64,000 bases of DNA from Candidatus Uhrbacteria bacterium CG10_big_fil_rev_8_21_14_0_10_48_16 (GCA_002793515.1 PFEU01000008.1:6824-70823), one strand, 5' to 3'; shown: positions 1 through 11,415, counted from the stretch's first letter. A program made the numbers and translations. The notes: a model not told the origin generated them from the letters alone.

Positions 1-1891
<1,891 letters not shown>

Positions 1892-1932
1892 AAGAATTTG
1901 AGTGGTTAAAAATAAGATGAGAAAAAATGACG

Positions 1933-1959
1933 CTAGCAGTCTCGCTATGAGAGTGCTAA
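1933..1959 (-). promoter_or_regulatory. CIRCE operator (HrcA binding site)
   Basis: Minus strand TTAGCACTC-N9-GACTGCTAG versus consensus TTAGCACTC-N9-GAGTGCTAA (2 mismatches), located between the promoter and groES. Confidence 0.93.
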
Positions 1960-1966
1960 CGACATC

Positions 1967-1995
1967 ATTTTGATCAAAGTTGAATCGTCTGTCAA
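1967..1995 (-). promoter_or_regulatory. Sigma70-type promoter of groESL
   Basis: TTGACA-17 nt-CAAAAT just upstream of the CIRCE. Confidence 0.7.
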
Positions 1996-3260
1996 GCCTC
2001 ACTCCCCCATTTCACCATTGTGCCAAACGCAAGAGCTCCTAATGCCATTCCAGGCCAAAACGTCCAAAGATAATGATCGAACAAACCAATCACAAGAAAA
2101 CTTGCTCCAATCGTCAAGGCAAAGAGGCCATTTGCTGACCGTCGTCTCGCATGGACGACCATATCCATTTGGTACAACCAATAAAAAAGCATAACGAATC
2201 CCACAATTCCAAGCTCTGCAAGAATGAGAAGGAACGTGTTATGAATAGGTTGATACGACCAAACAGGATGATCTGGATCAAGAGATGCCAGCGTAAACGT
2301 ATAGGCATTTGGTCCCACCCCTAAAAGTGGCGCCTCCCAAAAAATATCTCCAAAGGTTTGATATTGACTCGCCCGCTCTTCAATCGAAATCGCCTCAATG
2401 CGGATCGTAGGATTAAACCGAGAAATTACTTGCGAATGAAAAACACCAAGGGTTACAAGAATCGAGGCAAGACCCAAGATCATCATCGGAAACGCTCGTC
2501 GTGGCGGGATTTTTTTCTGCCAAAACATCATTCCCATAAGCAAGAAGAATGCCGTGAACAGTCCAAGCCAGGCAGAACGTGAAAACGTCACAATCAGCGT
2601 TGCTCCCAAAGCAACTGACCCAAGAATGCCAACGATACGATGAGTAAAGCGCTCAACAAATCGTGAAAGCCAGACAAGAGCGATGATCCCAAAAGCCACA
2701 TACCCTCCAAAAATATTTGGATGGGGAAATGTTCCGTACGCTCTGAGCATTCTGCCGGATACCGTCTCTACAACCGCCACACCAGGAGTTACAGCATCTT
2801 TTGAGGCCACACCCAATGCCGTGGATGCTTGGCTTGACCCATAAAGAACTTGAACCCATCCAAGGAGGATAGGAACCATGAGACCAAGGAGAAAGATAGA
2901 CAACACCTGCTTGATATTCGTTCGCTCATCGGTAATGAGAAAGAAGAACATTCCTGCGGAAACCATATGAATCATATGGAACCACCCGACTCCTACGATC
3001 CCGCTAAAACTCAGAGAAAAAAAGGCGACTGCCAAAAAGAAATAGAGTGCTTGCCATGTACGACGAACCAGTCCATGTGTTTGTTGACGACCACGCAGAA
3101 GAAACGCAAACGCAATCAGAATCTCAACCACGTAGAGAGAAAACACCCCAAACTGAGAAGGCTCTCCTGAAACAAGAAGTGTTGAAATGATCCACTGTGT
3201 TTGCCAAGGTAAAAAAAAGACGGAAAGCAAGAAAAGGATGTTCGCAAATTTTGGAATCAT
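1992..3260 (-). CDS. O-antigen ligase-like (Wzy_C) membrane protein
   Basis: Multi-TM protein with RAYGTFPHPN, TFSRSAWLG, PLLGVGPN and PIHNTFLLILAELGIVG motifs. Confidence 0.85.
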   Translation of the reverse strand: MIPKFANILFLLSVFFLPWQTQWIISTLLVSGEPSQFGVFSLYVVEILIAFAFLLRGRQQTHGLVRRTWQALYFFLAVAFFSLSFSGIVGVGWFHMIHMVSAGMFFFLITDERTNIKQVLSIFLLGLMVPILLGWVQVLYGSSQASTALGVASKDAVTPGVAVVETVSGRMLRAYGTFPHPNIFGGYVAFGIIALVWLSRFVERFTHRIVGILGSVALGATLIVTFSRSAWLGLFTAFFLLMGMMFWQKKIPPRRAFPMMILGLASILVTLGVFHSQVISRFNPTIRIEAISIEERASQYQTFGDIFWEAPLLGVGPNAYTFTLASLDPDHPVWSYQPIHNTFLLILAELGIVGFVMLFYWLYQMDMVVHARRRSANGLFALTIGASFLVIGLFDHYLWTFWPGMALGALAFGTMVKWGSEA

Positions 3261-4183
3261 ACGTGTCGATCAAGGAGCGATTCAAATGTTTCACGGAACT
3301 CTGCCCGACGATCATTCTCATGAAATTTCAACATCTCATCGGTCACCACCACGCGAGAATCAAGATTGGCAATCTCGCGTAAATGCGACGGAAGACGATT
3401 TCTTTGAATAAGCCGGTACAACGATTCCCCCACCCTCCACTGGATAGGCAAGCTTGGGAAGCGGAGAGGTTGATGCATAGGATGAAGGGTGCGAGGATGC
3501 GCATTTGGAAGGGTGTGCGTCACCCATCGATTCTCCTTACGAAACTGATCAAAATTCTCATCACGATCAAAGACAGGAACAAGAGATCTCACCCAAAACG
3601 CCATGTAGTAATCTCGAGGAAGACATAATTCCTCCATGCCCAGCTTCTCTCGCGTCGCAAAAAAACTAAAACAAAATGGATCCTGTGCTTCTTGAGAATT
3701 CGTCCCGTGATTTGGTCTATGCCCTGTGAGGAGAAATGGAAGCACAAGCCAAAAACGCGAAGACCAAATAGCTCCCGTTTTGGTTACGACATACAAATCA
3801 ATATCACTCTGTGGAGTTGTCCCCCACCACGCCATCGTGTTCACCGCCCCCACCGCTCGAACAGCCGGAAGAAGGTAGAAATACTTTGCCACACGACGAA
3901 GGAGGACATACTTACGTTCCGCATCTAAAAATCGGATCTGTCGTTCCTGGATAAGAGACCCTATATCCTGTCCTCTGAGCGCATAAAACCCTTCATGAGA
4001 CTCGAGCTTCATTTTGAGCCATTCACTTTTGTCTAGAACGGTATAGATTTCTGAAAGATCGTACGCCCGTTCCGGAGTCAGGAGCCACTTCCAAATCTCA
4101 AACACCGTTAGAGGAGAAGAAAACATCGAAAACCAAAGAATTGTTCGCATGACGGATTGTTCAAGATCAGTCTGTTGCCCCAT
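3257..4183 (-). CDS. Pol-beta-like nucleotidyltransferase-fold protein of unknown function
   Basis: Contains NTMAW...SDIDLYVV (DxD) and a C-terminal LKFHENDRR; 4-nt ATGA overlap with the downstream gene. Confidence 0.6.
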   Translation of the reverse strand: MGQQTDLEQSVMRTILWFSMFSSPLTVFEIWKWLLTPERAYDLSEIYTVLDKSEWLKMKLESHEGFYALRGQDIGSLIQERQIRFLDAERKYVLLRRVAKYFYLLPAVRAVGAVNTMAWWGTTPQSDIDLYVVTKTGAIWSSRFWLVLPFLLTGHRPNHGTNSQEAQDPFCFSFFATREKLGMEELCLPRDYYMAFWVRSLVPVFDRDENFDQFRKENRWVTHTLPNAHPRTLHPMHQPLRFPSLPIQWRVGESLYRLIQRNRLPSHLREIANLDSRVVVTDEMLKFHENDRRAEFRETFESLLDRHV

Positions 4184-4227
4184 ATGAACGCATCTTACCA
4201 GTGCACCCCGCTTTAGGCTTGTGGATG

Positions 4228-4257
4228 AAAAAAACGGCCCCGAGTGGAGCCGTTTTT
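4228..4257 (-). terminator. Intrinsic terminator after yidC
   Basis: Minus strand CGGCTCC-ACTC-GGGGCCG stem followed by T7. Confidence 0.75.
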
Positions 4258-4989
4258 CTATTCATTTGAACCTCGGATCTTTGAAAAAACAAACTGTTGC
4301 TGAAGGATCGAGACAATATTCACGGTCACCCAATACAAGGTCAATCCCGCTGGCAGAGTGGAACCGATCACAACCGTAATCGCAGGCATAAACATGAGCA
4401 TAGACTTATTCATGCTCGCCAGCATATTTTCATCCATGGCCCCTTTCTTTCCCTTTACCTGCGTCGGCGGACGACGGTGCATAAGCATCCGTGTCTGCAT
4501 AAACTGGAAGTATCCTGCAAGAATCGCTAAATAGATACTCGCAACGGAAAGATCAATCACTCCAAAAAATACATGATTAATCTCTCCAGGATTTACCACG
4601 AAGCTATACAACTGCTCCAACGTCTCGGCTCCAAACCCGGCAAGCAAGACCTGGTACAACGCAATCAAGATAGGAAGCTGTACAAGCAACGGGAGACAAG
4701 ACGCCAAGGGGTTCACCTTCTCTGTTTGATACAACTCCATCATGGCCTTCGCCAGTGCTTCTTTATTGTCTGCGTGCGCACTCTTCAATTCCTCGATTTT
4801 TGGCTGAAGTTCTTGAAGCGCTTTTTGAGATTTGAGCGACTTACTCATGAACGGCCACAAAACCAATTTAATCAAAATGGTTAGAGCAATAATCGCGAAT
4901 CCAATATCGACGCCCCCAAAGATGTTATAGAAAAACACCAAGAGGTTAAAAATTGGAACGTATAGAACGTTATGAAATAGCTCCCCCAT
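4258..4989 (-). CDS. yidC: Membrane protein insertase YidC (short form, no periplasmic domain)
   Basis: GFAIIALTILIKLVLWP, LQPKIEEL, VNPLASCLPLLVQLPILIALY and LPAGLTLYW motifs. Confidence 0.95.
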   Translation of the reverse strand: MGELFHNVLYVPIFNLLVFFYNIFGGVDIGFAIIALTILIKLVLWPFMSKSLKSQKALQELQPKIEELKSAHADNKEALAKAMMELYQTEKVNPLASCLPLLVQLPILIALYQVLLAGFGAETLEQLYSFVVNPGEINHVFFGVIDLSVASIYLAILAGYFQFMQTRMLMHRRPPTQVKGKKGAMDENMLASMNKSMLMFMPAITVVIGSTLPAGLTLYWVTVNIVSILQQQFVFSKIRGSNE

Positions 4990-4994
4990 ATCGA

Positions 4995-6284
4995 TTAGTT
5001 TTCAGTTTCTTGAATCGCTTCTTCTGTCTGTGGCTCAGCAACGGTCTCCGCCCCTCCCTCTTCTGTTGGTGCGACGGCAGGTTCTTCGGAAGAAATTGTT
5101 TCTGTCTCTTCTTTTGCTTCTTCGTCTCCTGAGATATTAATCTTCCAACCCGTAATCTTTGCTGCGAGACGCACGTTCTGCCCACCCTTTCCAATCGCCA
5201 AAGAAAGCTGATCTTCTTTTACTTTTACGAAGGCAGACTTCTCTTCTTCCTGAAGGACGAGGGAAGTAATTTTTGCCGGAGAAAGCGCATTACTGATGAA
5301 AACAGATGGATCTTCGCTCCACTCAATAATATCAATCTTCTCTCCACCAAGTTCCGCAATAATTGTCTGAATACGTGTCCCACGCTGGCCAATACAAGCT
5401 CCAATAGGATCGATATTTTGATCTGAAGTCGAGACCGCAACCTTTGAACGTGAGCCTGCTTCTCGAGCAATCCCCTTGATCTGAACAAGGCCTTCCCCAA
5501 TTTCTGGAATCTCGAACTCAAACAATGTTTGAACCATTTCCTCCGCCGTGCGAGACACGAGAATCTCTGGGCCTTTTGTCGTGAGTCCCACCTGACGAAC
5601 AAACACTTTGATCCGATCCCCTGGATTATATCGCTCAGTTGGAATCTGATCCTCTGAACGCATGACTGCGGTTGTGCGACCAAGATCGACAAGAACAATA
5701 CGACCTTCACGTCGTTGTACGGTCCCGTTCATGATCGTCCCCTCGTGTTCCTTAAACTCGCTGAAGATAATCTCACGTTCTGCCTCACGCAACTTTTGTG
5801 TGATCACTTGTTTCGCCGTCATAGCTGCCATACGACCAAATCCTCCTGGGGTAGGCATTTCCGTCCGGATGACATCTCCAAGTTTTGAACCCATTTTCAG
5901 AACCTGCGCTTCAGACACCATAATGTCTGTCTTTGGGTTATAGCGCTGACCCATCTCATCCTCAACAGAAATCGCAGGAATACGTTCTCCGTTCTTTCGA
6001 GCTTCTTCAATCTGTCGCGCAAACGCTTCTGCACGCTCACGACGTTCTCCTTCAAGTTTCTCAAGTTCTTCAAGATCAATGTCTTCAACGACCGTCTTCA
6101 CATCAAAAATACGTGACTCAGCCGTTGCTGGATCGAATTCAACCTCGATATTACTATTCTTATCACCAAAGTCTTTTCGATAGGCAGCCGCAAGCGCAGA
6201 CTGAATGGCATCGATAACGGACTCATAGGCGAGACCTTTTTCCTCACAGATTTGGCGAATGGCTTGTTCAATGGGTGATGACAT
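4995..6284 (-). CDS. nusA: Transcription termination/antitermination factor NusA
   Basis: FGRMAAMTAKQVI, S1 domain, AREAGSRSKVAV, IDPIGACIGQRG and SLAIGKGGQNVRLA; acidic C-terminal tail. Confidence 0.98.
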   Translation of the reverse strand: MSSPIEQAIRQICEEKGLAYESVIDAIQSALAAAYRKDFGDKNSNIEVEFDPATAESRIFDVKTVVEDIDLEELEKLEGERRERAEAFARQIEEARKNGERIPAISVEDEMGQRYNPKTDIMVSEAQVLKMGSKLGDVIRTEMPTPGGFGRMAAMTAKQVITQKLREAEREIIFSEFKEHEGTIMNGTVQRREGRIVLVDLGRTTAVMRSEDQIPTERYNPGDRIKVFVRQVGLTTKGPEILVSRTAEEMVQTLFEFEIPEIGEGLVQIKGIAREAGSRSKVAVSTSDQNIDPIGACIGQRGTRIQTIIAELGGEKIDIIEWSEDPSVFISNALSPAKITSLVLQEEEKSAFVKVKEDQLSLAIGKGGQNVRLAAKITGWKINISGDEEAKEETETISSEEPAVAPTEEGGAETVAEPQTEEAIQETEN

Positions 6285-6292
6285 AGATATTC

Positions 6293-6327
6293 AATTAACA
6301 AATGAACCCGTCATATCGACAGGTTCA
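6293..6327 (-). terminator. Weak terminator or attenuator immediately upstream of nusA
   Basis: Minus strand TGAACCTGTC-GATAT-GACGGGTTCA 10-bp stem (one G-U) followed by TTTGTTAATT. Confidence 0.5.
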
Positions 6328-6339
6328 GGCTCCCCAAGA

Positions 6340-6711
6340 CTACCAAAGAGTCTCCGGAATGTCAATGTTTTTAAGGTGTGTAATCTTCGGAAGTTCTTTC
6401 TGATATTCAATCGCGATCACATCAATCCGCCACGAAGACGCACAAAGATGTTTTTCTTGCAGATACACTTCTGCCACATGAAGAATGTGACGAATTTTTT
6501 CCTCTGTCACGGAGTCCTCTGGATATCCAAATACGGGAGTTCTGCGCGTTTTTACTTCAACAAAAACGACCTCTTCACCATCCTGGCAAATAAGGTCGAT
6601 CTCTCCAAATGATTTTTTATACTGTTTTTCGAGAATCAACAAGCCTTGTGAGGTCAAAAAATCTCCGGCGATCTGTTCTCCAACATCTCCAATCCTCCTC
6701 CGATCATGCAT
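6340..6711 (-). CDS. yraN: YraN family (UPF0102) PD-(D/E)XK nuclease-like protein
   Basis: GDVGEQIA, GEIDLI, VFVEVKTR and WRIDVIAI motifs. Confidence 0.93.
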   Translation of the reverse strand: MHDRRRIGDVGEQIAGDFLTSQGLLILEKQYKKSFGEIDLICQDGEEVVFVEVKTRRTPVFGYPEDSVTEEKIRHILHVAEVYLQEKHLCASSWRIDVIAIEYQKELPKITHLKNIDIPETLW

Positions 6712-6712
6712 A

Positions 6713-7138
6713 CTATCGTCGACGTTTCTTTTTGGGTTTTGGTTTTGGAAGATACTTTGCTCGAGCTCGAAGGGATTCTGAACGAGCCTTCATGTCTGGA
6801 ATATCTCGCTTCACATAACGAACGATACGCACACTCCAAACAACGACAGCGATCACCCAAATAACATACCAGAAACGAGCTCCGAACAATTCAATCTGTT
6901 CAAAACTGAAAAAGAATAAAATCAATCCAAGTACTCCCATGGTCACTAATAGCGTGGAAATTCGATTTCCAATTTCACGCACATAGCGATCATCCCCTTT
7001 TCGATCAGCGACAATGCGACCAACGATTCCAAAGACAAGAACCCCAATAAAAAGGACAAAAATCAGATTTCCGATAAGTCCTCCAACCTCTGGAGGAGCC
7101 ATGGTGAACCAATAAGACGGTTGAAACAATGATGACAT
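6713..7138 (-). CDS. Hypothetical membrane protein (3 TM, basic tail)
   Basis: Hydrophobic segments and a KYLPKPKPKKKRRR tail; fits the operon spacing. ATG 7138 preferred over the track's TTG at 7147. Confidence 0.75.
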   Translation of the reverse strand: MSSLFQPSYWFTMAPPEVGGLIGNLIFVLFIGVLVFGIVGRIVADRKGDDRYVREIGNRISTLLVTMGVLGLILFFFSFEQIELFGARFWYVIWVIAVVVWSVRIVRYVKRDIPDMKARSESLRARAKYLPKPKPKKKRRR

Positions 7139-7190
7139 ACGATACAAGATAATTGATGTGCCGAAAGGTTAGCAAAGACAACCGGGCAAA

Positions 7191-7745
7191 TCAAGCGCCT
7201 CTTTGAAGAACGCGTCCCCAGTGATGCTCGCCTGCATCAAATCGATCGATCGTCTTGAACCCCACTTTTGTGGCCTCTGCCTCAAACCAGAGCGGATCCA
7301 CGATGTCTTCTTTCGCGACAAACATTTTTTGAGCGCTCGGTTTCCAGTCAACAACCAGCAACGTTCCTCCTGAAACAAGAAGTCGTCTTGCCTCACGCAA
7401 AGGCTCAGATCCTTTTTTTAGCTGATGCCCCATATTCACAAGAGACACCACCTGAAGAGAGCCTGGAGTGATCTTCACTCCGCCTGGACGCTCAATATCT
7501 CCCCACACCATATTCAGATGCGTGATCCCCGCCTCTCGCGCGCGCGAACGAATGGCCTCTAGGGCACTCTTCATGATATCGACGGCAAAGACCGTTCCAT
7601 TCTCCCCCACCAATTTTACGGCGGGAAAAATAAAATGTCCTAACGCTCCAGCCCCAAGGTCTGCATAGCTCATTCCGTCCTTAAGTCCAGCATGGGTAAG
7701 ACTCACGTACGGATCAAGCAACGCTCGTCCTGTTGCAATCACCAT
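7191..7745 (-). CDS. Class I SAM-dependent methyltransferase
   Basis: ADLGAGALG motif I, VFAVDI, and LLVSGGTLLVVDW. Confidence 0.85.
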   Translation of the reverse strand: MVIATGRALLDPYVSLTHAGLKDGMSYADLGAGALGHFIFPAVKLVGENGTVFAVDIMKSALEAIRSRAREAGITHLNMVWGDIERPGGVKITPGSLQVVSLVNMGHQLKKGSEPLREARRLLVSGGTLLVVDWKPSAQKMFVAKEDIVDPLWFEAEATKVGFKTIDRFDAGEHHWGRVLQRGA

Positions 7746-7753
7746 AAAAAAGA

Positions 7754-8011
7754 TTAATCGCTTGTATGAGTTAAAATTCCAGCGAGATCTTCAAGGATCC
7801 CAGAAATAATATTTGTCGAGATAAAGATCCCAAGGAATACCACCGCCACTCCAAGAAGTTTATAAAAAAATCTTGATCCCCCCGCACCAAATTTCTCTTC
7901 AGCAAATGGCACGCTTCCAAACCAGGACAGGACGACGTCAGTTTTTTTCACCATAAAGAAACCCACAACCATGATGGCAAGCCCTAAAGGAATTCGTATA
8001 AATGGAGACAT
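7754..8011 (-). CDS. Small hypothetical membrane protein
   Basis: 85 aa with two hydrophobic helices; first gene of the minus-strand run. Confidence 0.7.
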   Translation of the reverse strand: MSPFIRIPLGLAIMVVGFFMVKKTDVVLSWFGSVPFAEEKFGAGGSRFFYKLLGVAVVFLGIFISTNIISGILEDLAGILTHTSD

Positions 8012-8037
8012 AACCCTTCTATGTTATCACAGAAGAC

Positions 8038-8066
8038 TTGCCAAGACATCAGAAATTCGATAGCAT
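8038..8066 (+). promoter_or_regulatory. Putative promoter of tRNA-Val(TAC)
   Basis: TTGCCA-17 nt-TAGCAT. Confidence 0.5.
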
Positions 8067-8094
8067 TTCGAAAGTCCGCACCTCATAGATGTAC

Positions 8095-8171
8095 GGGCGT
8101 TTAGCTCAGTTGGTTAGAGCGTCTCGTTTACACCGAGAAGGCCGGGGGTTCGAGCCCCTCAACGCCCACCA
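8095..8171 (+). tRNA. tRNA-Val(TAC)
   Basis: GGGCGTT/AACGCCC acceptor stem, anticodon arm TCTCG-TTTACAC-CGAGA, TTCGA T-loop, encoded CCA. Confidence 0.97.
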
Positions 8172-8200
8172 AAAAACACCAGGAATTCCTGGTGTTTTTT
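8171..8200. terminator. Bidirectional terminator (perfect 30-bp palindrome)
   Basis: AAAAAACACCAGGAATTCCTGGTGTTTTTT between the convergent tRNA-Val and DUF4153 gene. Confidence 0.85.
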
Positions 8201-8212
8201 GTATCATCAGAC

Positions 8213-9979
8213 CTACTTTATCGTTAGAAAGACTATCCCGGTTGTCGTATTTAGGTTGATCGAGTCATTATGTTCGCGAGCATAAAATGACTTCACTATG
8301 TACATCACCTTGACCTGCTCTGTCTCCAGGTACAAAACAACTTCATCATCCAATCCTTTGTCCGCCTCATCTTGAAGAATCTCTTTCAATGAAATGCTTC
8401 CAACCCATGTTTCGTCTAGATACATCTCGATCTCTTGCTGTTCTGCATTCAGATCAAACATGAATATCTTGTCATCAATTTGATATGTTTCGTTTCCAGA
8501 TCTTCCAATCTCAAAAAAGTATTCGTATCCAGAGGTCTTCCCAGCCAGAGAATCATTCGTATGACCATAATCGATTCGTGTCGATGCAGACGGTCTTACA
8601 GGATAGGTTGGATACGTGAGTCCAAATCCATGCTCCAACATGTACTCCCCTTGTTCCCATGTCTCTAGTCCTGACAAATCTACTTCTTCGTCTAGCCAAC
8701 CTTGCACAGAAGCCATAGCGTTTCTATCTTCAAGAAAATTCAGGACCGCACGGACTTGAGAAAAATCTTCCTCTGACATTTTAATCTCTGAGACAACATA
8801 TTTTCCCTCTTGAAAACGCCCGTTCTGTTCCAAGATCGACTCAAGTCGATCTACTTGTGAACGAATCGCTGTTGAGAATGCCCCCCATGGACCGACAGAC
8901 GTCACAAAGATCATCACAACCAGACTCACCGGAATGACCCGGAGATCTTTTACGTTGCGTATCAGGAGATAGAGGCTTACGCCAATCAGCCACAGCCCAA
9001 AGATAAACACGAAGTAGCGATTCTCTGTCACTCCATACTCAGAAACACGAAACCAAAGTGACCAAAAGAGCATAAACGCTTGAGGAATCATCGCAACGCA
9101 GAGTGCTATGCCTGCATACCTAATCCAACGCACCTGCTCACGGAGCGGAAACAACGTAATATACGTCAATAACCCTACCGCAGAAAAACCAAGAATAATG
9201 TATGCGAGTTGCCCTTGTGGCCATTCTCCCGTGAGAAGAATCTTGGCCGTATACACATACAAAATCACGAAATAGACCAACACTAACGGAACAAGGACAA
9301 ATTGAGAAAACAACCGAACTTCTTTTGGATACGACGCCTTCTCCAGGGCATCTATTGCCTTTGGCAGGCGACTCAAAAAGAAGGTTGTACAAAAGAGACC
9401 AACAATCACCACCCAAATTTCTGAATATCTCTCAGGGGGAATTTCTAGATCAAACAAGGTATCCGTCGCAAATAGCGCGGCAAAAATTCCAAACTGAATC
9501 GCAAGTGCCCAGACCCATGTGAGAAATGTCGAAAACACGAGTCGTCGACAAAATTCCCAAAACCGCAATACGGCTTGTGCCCCAGACTCACGGACAAATA
9601 GGATGAACGTCACCGTCAAAACCGAGGCGACCACCCACATGCCATGACGGATATAAAAGATCATCGCGTCTGGAGCGTCTATCTCTGGGAGAAATGTGTA
9701 GTACCCGGACATAAGGGCAATCAATACGATCGCTCCAAACCAAGACCACTCCTTTCTCCATCCCATCGCCTCGACAAATAACGTCACGATCACGGATACT
9801 GGCACCGTAAGCGCTAATGTGAAAAGCAGACGCATGGAGATTGGATCATCCTCAACATGAACGAGTCTCACACCAATAGCCGTTCCTATACCACAAAGCG
9901 TAATCGTGAATGGAAAGCGCACCATTACACGCTTTAACCCTTCAAAAATTGAAGAAAACGAAAGAATACTCAGTTTCAT
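8213..9979 (-). CDS. DUF4153-like multi-pass membrane protein
   Basis: About 11 TM segments with FVLVPLVLVYFVILYVY, RVSEYGVTENRY and GPWGAFS...SQVDRL motifs. Confidence 0.75.
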   Translation of the reverse strand: MKLSILSFSSIFEGLKRVMVRFPFTITLCGIGTAIGVRLVHVEDDPISMRLLFTLALTVPVSVIVTLFVEAMGWRKEWSWFGAIVLIALMSGYYTFLPEIDAPDAMIFYIRHGMWVVASVLTVTFILFVRESGAQAVLRFWEFCRRLVFSTFLTWVWALAIQFGIFAALFATDTLFDLEIPPERYSEIWVVIVGLFCTTFFLSRLPKAIDALEKASYPKEVRLFSQFVLVPLVLVYFVILYVYTAKILLTGEWPQGQLAYIILGFSAVGLLTYITLFPLREQVRWIRYAGIALCVAMIPQAFMLFWSLWFRVSEYGVTENRYFVFIFGLWLIGVSLYLLIRNVKDLRVIPVSLVVMIFVTSVGPWGAFSTAIRSQVDRLESILEQNGRFQEGKYVVSEIKMSEEDFSQVRAVLNFLEDRNAMASVQGWLDEEVDLSGLETWEQGEYMLEHGFGLTYPTYPVRPSASTRIDYGHTNDSLAGKTSGYEYFFEIGRSGNETYQIDDKIFMFDLNAEQQEIEMYLDETWVGSISLKEILQDEADKGLDDEVVLYLETEQVKVMYIVKSFYAREHNDSINLNTTTGIVFLTIK

Positions 9980-10024
9980 ATGCCATTATCTTACAGAGTA
10001 CAGGTCCCTTTGTCACATCACACA

Positions 10025-10058
10025 AAACAAAAGACACGCTCATTGAGCCTGTCTTTTG
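10025..10058 (-). terminator. Terminator after tRNA-Leu
   Basis: CAAAAGACA...TGTCTTTTG inverted repeat with an inner GCTC/GAGC pair. Confidence 0.7.
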
Positions 10059-10144
10059 TGGTGCGCGAGAGAGGACTTGAACCTCCACGGCCTTACGGCC
10101 ACCAGCCCCTCAAGCTGGCGTGTCTACCATTTCACCACCCGCGC
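10059..10144 (-). tRNA. tRNA-Leu(GAG)
   Basis: Minus strand GCGCGGGTGGTGAAATGGTAGACACG-CCAGC-TTGAGGG-GCTGG, long variable arm, TTCAA T-loop, CCA. Confidence 0.97.
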
Positions 10145-10201
10145 GTATCCTTTTTTCCGAGAGGATCATACAAGATCCTCCCGAAAAGATCAATCCTCCC
10201 A

Positions 10202-10939
10202 TCAAAACAGTCGATCTTTCCCTGCAATCACTTTAAGAAGCAATGGCTCAATCCCAATATCAAACCGCGTCGATTTCATCTCTTCTCCATCTACAAATAA
10301 TGAAATTGGCTTATCACTTCGAATTGCCATCGAAGAAAGCGGAAGAATACTTTCCTGTAATTGTGTCTGACCAAAAATCCCCCAACCTTTTTTCACTGCT
10401 GCCCGAATGACCGCTTCAAACCGTCCATCCCGCGGATCCGTCACGTCCGTCAAATTTCGAATCTCCAATGTCGCTTGGCGCACGACAGATGTCACACGAA
10501 ACTTATCTTCGCAGGTAATCTCTGCATGAAAATTTGGCATGGATAAGCCGGTGACAAATCGACGTCCATTCACCGTACCCACATCAATCTTCTCCACACG
10601 TCGAGCAGAAAGGATATCGCATGCCGCAACCCCTTCAGGAATTCCCATCATGCGTGCCAATTCATTTCCAGGCCCAATAGGAATAATTCCAAGAACCACG
10701 TCGCTATCGGCAACAACATCAATAACCTTCCGGATGGTCTCATCATTTCCAACCACCACAATCGTTGAAACCCCGTGATCGATTTCATCTCGAATCATCT
10801 CTTCCGCATTTCGAAACAAAGCCAGACGAGAAACCTTTCCCGCTATCCCAAGGTCTGTTAAACGATTCTCGATCTTTAAAAGTTCTCGTTCAAACCGCTT
10901 GTTCTCTTGGATGTACTCATCGTAGAGATAACAATACAT
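10202..10939 (-). CDS. Diacylglycerol kinase family protein (degenerate GGDG motif)
   Basis: VVVGNDET, LGIIPIGPGNELARMMGI, KIDVGTVNG and VDGE motifs. Confidence 0.8.
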   Translation of the reverse strand: MYCYLYDEYIQENKRFERELLKIENRLTDLGIAGKVSRLALFRNAEEMIRDEIDHGVSTIVVVGNDETIRKVIDVVADSDVVLGIIPIGPGNELARMMGIPEGVAACDILSARRVEKIDVGTVNGRRFVTGLSMPNFHAEITCEDKFRVTSVVRQATLEIRNLTDVTDPRDGRFEAVIRAAVKKGWGIFGQTQLQESILPLSSMAIRSDKPISLFVDGEEMKSTRFDIGIEPLLLKVIAGKDRLF

Positions 10940-10945
10940 ACACGC

Positions 10946-11365
10946 TTATTCTCCTGCATCCTCCTGGGGAGTTACTTCAGTTCCTTTACGTCCTCGAGAG
11001 ACAGGTGTTCCATCCTCCATGCTAATACGTCCATTCATACGTGCTCCAGAAGCAATCGAAATTCGACCTGTCACAATATCTCCCGTGACATGTGAGGTCG
11101 AAAGAAGCTCAAGCATTTCTCCAACCATCACGTTGCCGACGACCTCTCCTGCAATCACCGCACTTTCCGCTTTCACATCTGCATGAATTTTTGCCGCTTC
11201 TCCCACATGCAGAACACTTTGTGTCTCCACAGAACCAACGACTTCTCCATCAATCACAACATCTCCTTGTGATCGAAAATCTCCCTCAACACGAACTCCT
11301 TGGGCAATGATTGTCTCATTCCCTGTTGAACTTGGCATAACAGTCTTACTTTTATCCTTAAACAT
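10946..11365 (-). CDS. Bactofilin (polymer-forming cytoskeletal protein)
   Basis: ETIIAQGVRVEGDF...DVVIDGEVVG...VIAGEVVGNV...VTGDI...GARMNGRI beta-helix repeats. Confidence 0.92.
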   Translation of the reverse strand: MFKDKSKTVMPSSTGNETIIAQGVRVEGDFRSQGDVVIDGEVVGSVETQSVLHVGEAAKIHADVKAESAVIAGEVVGNVMVGEMLELLSTSHVTGDIVTGRISIASGARMNGRISMEDGTPVSRGRKGTEVTPQEDAGE

Positions 11366-11415
11366 AGATGGTTATTGGATCTTATCAGTTAGAACGCTCT
11401 GGTCAAATCGTTTAT

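Noticed and set aside
8095-10144. Gene flanked by two tRNAs as a possible integrated island
   Set aside because: No integrase, no duplicated tRNA 3' end (att site) and no obvious compositional shift were seen.
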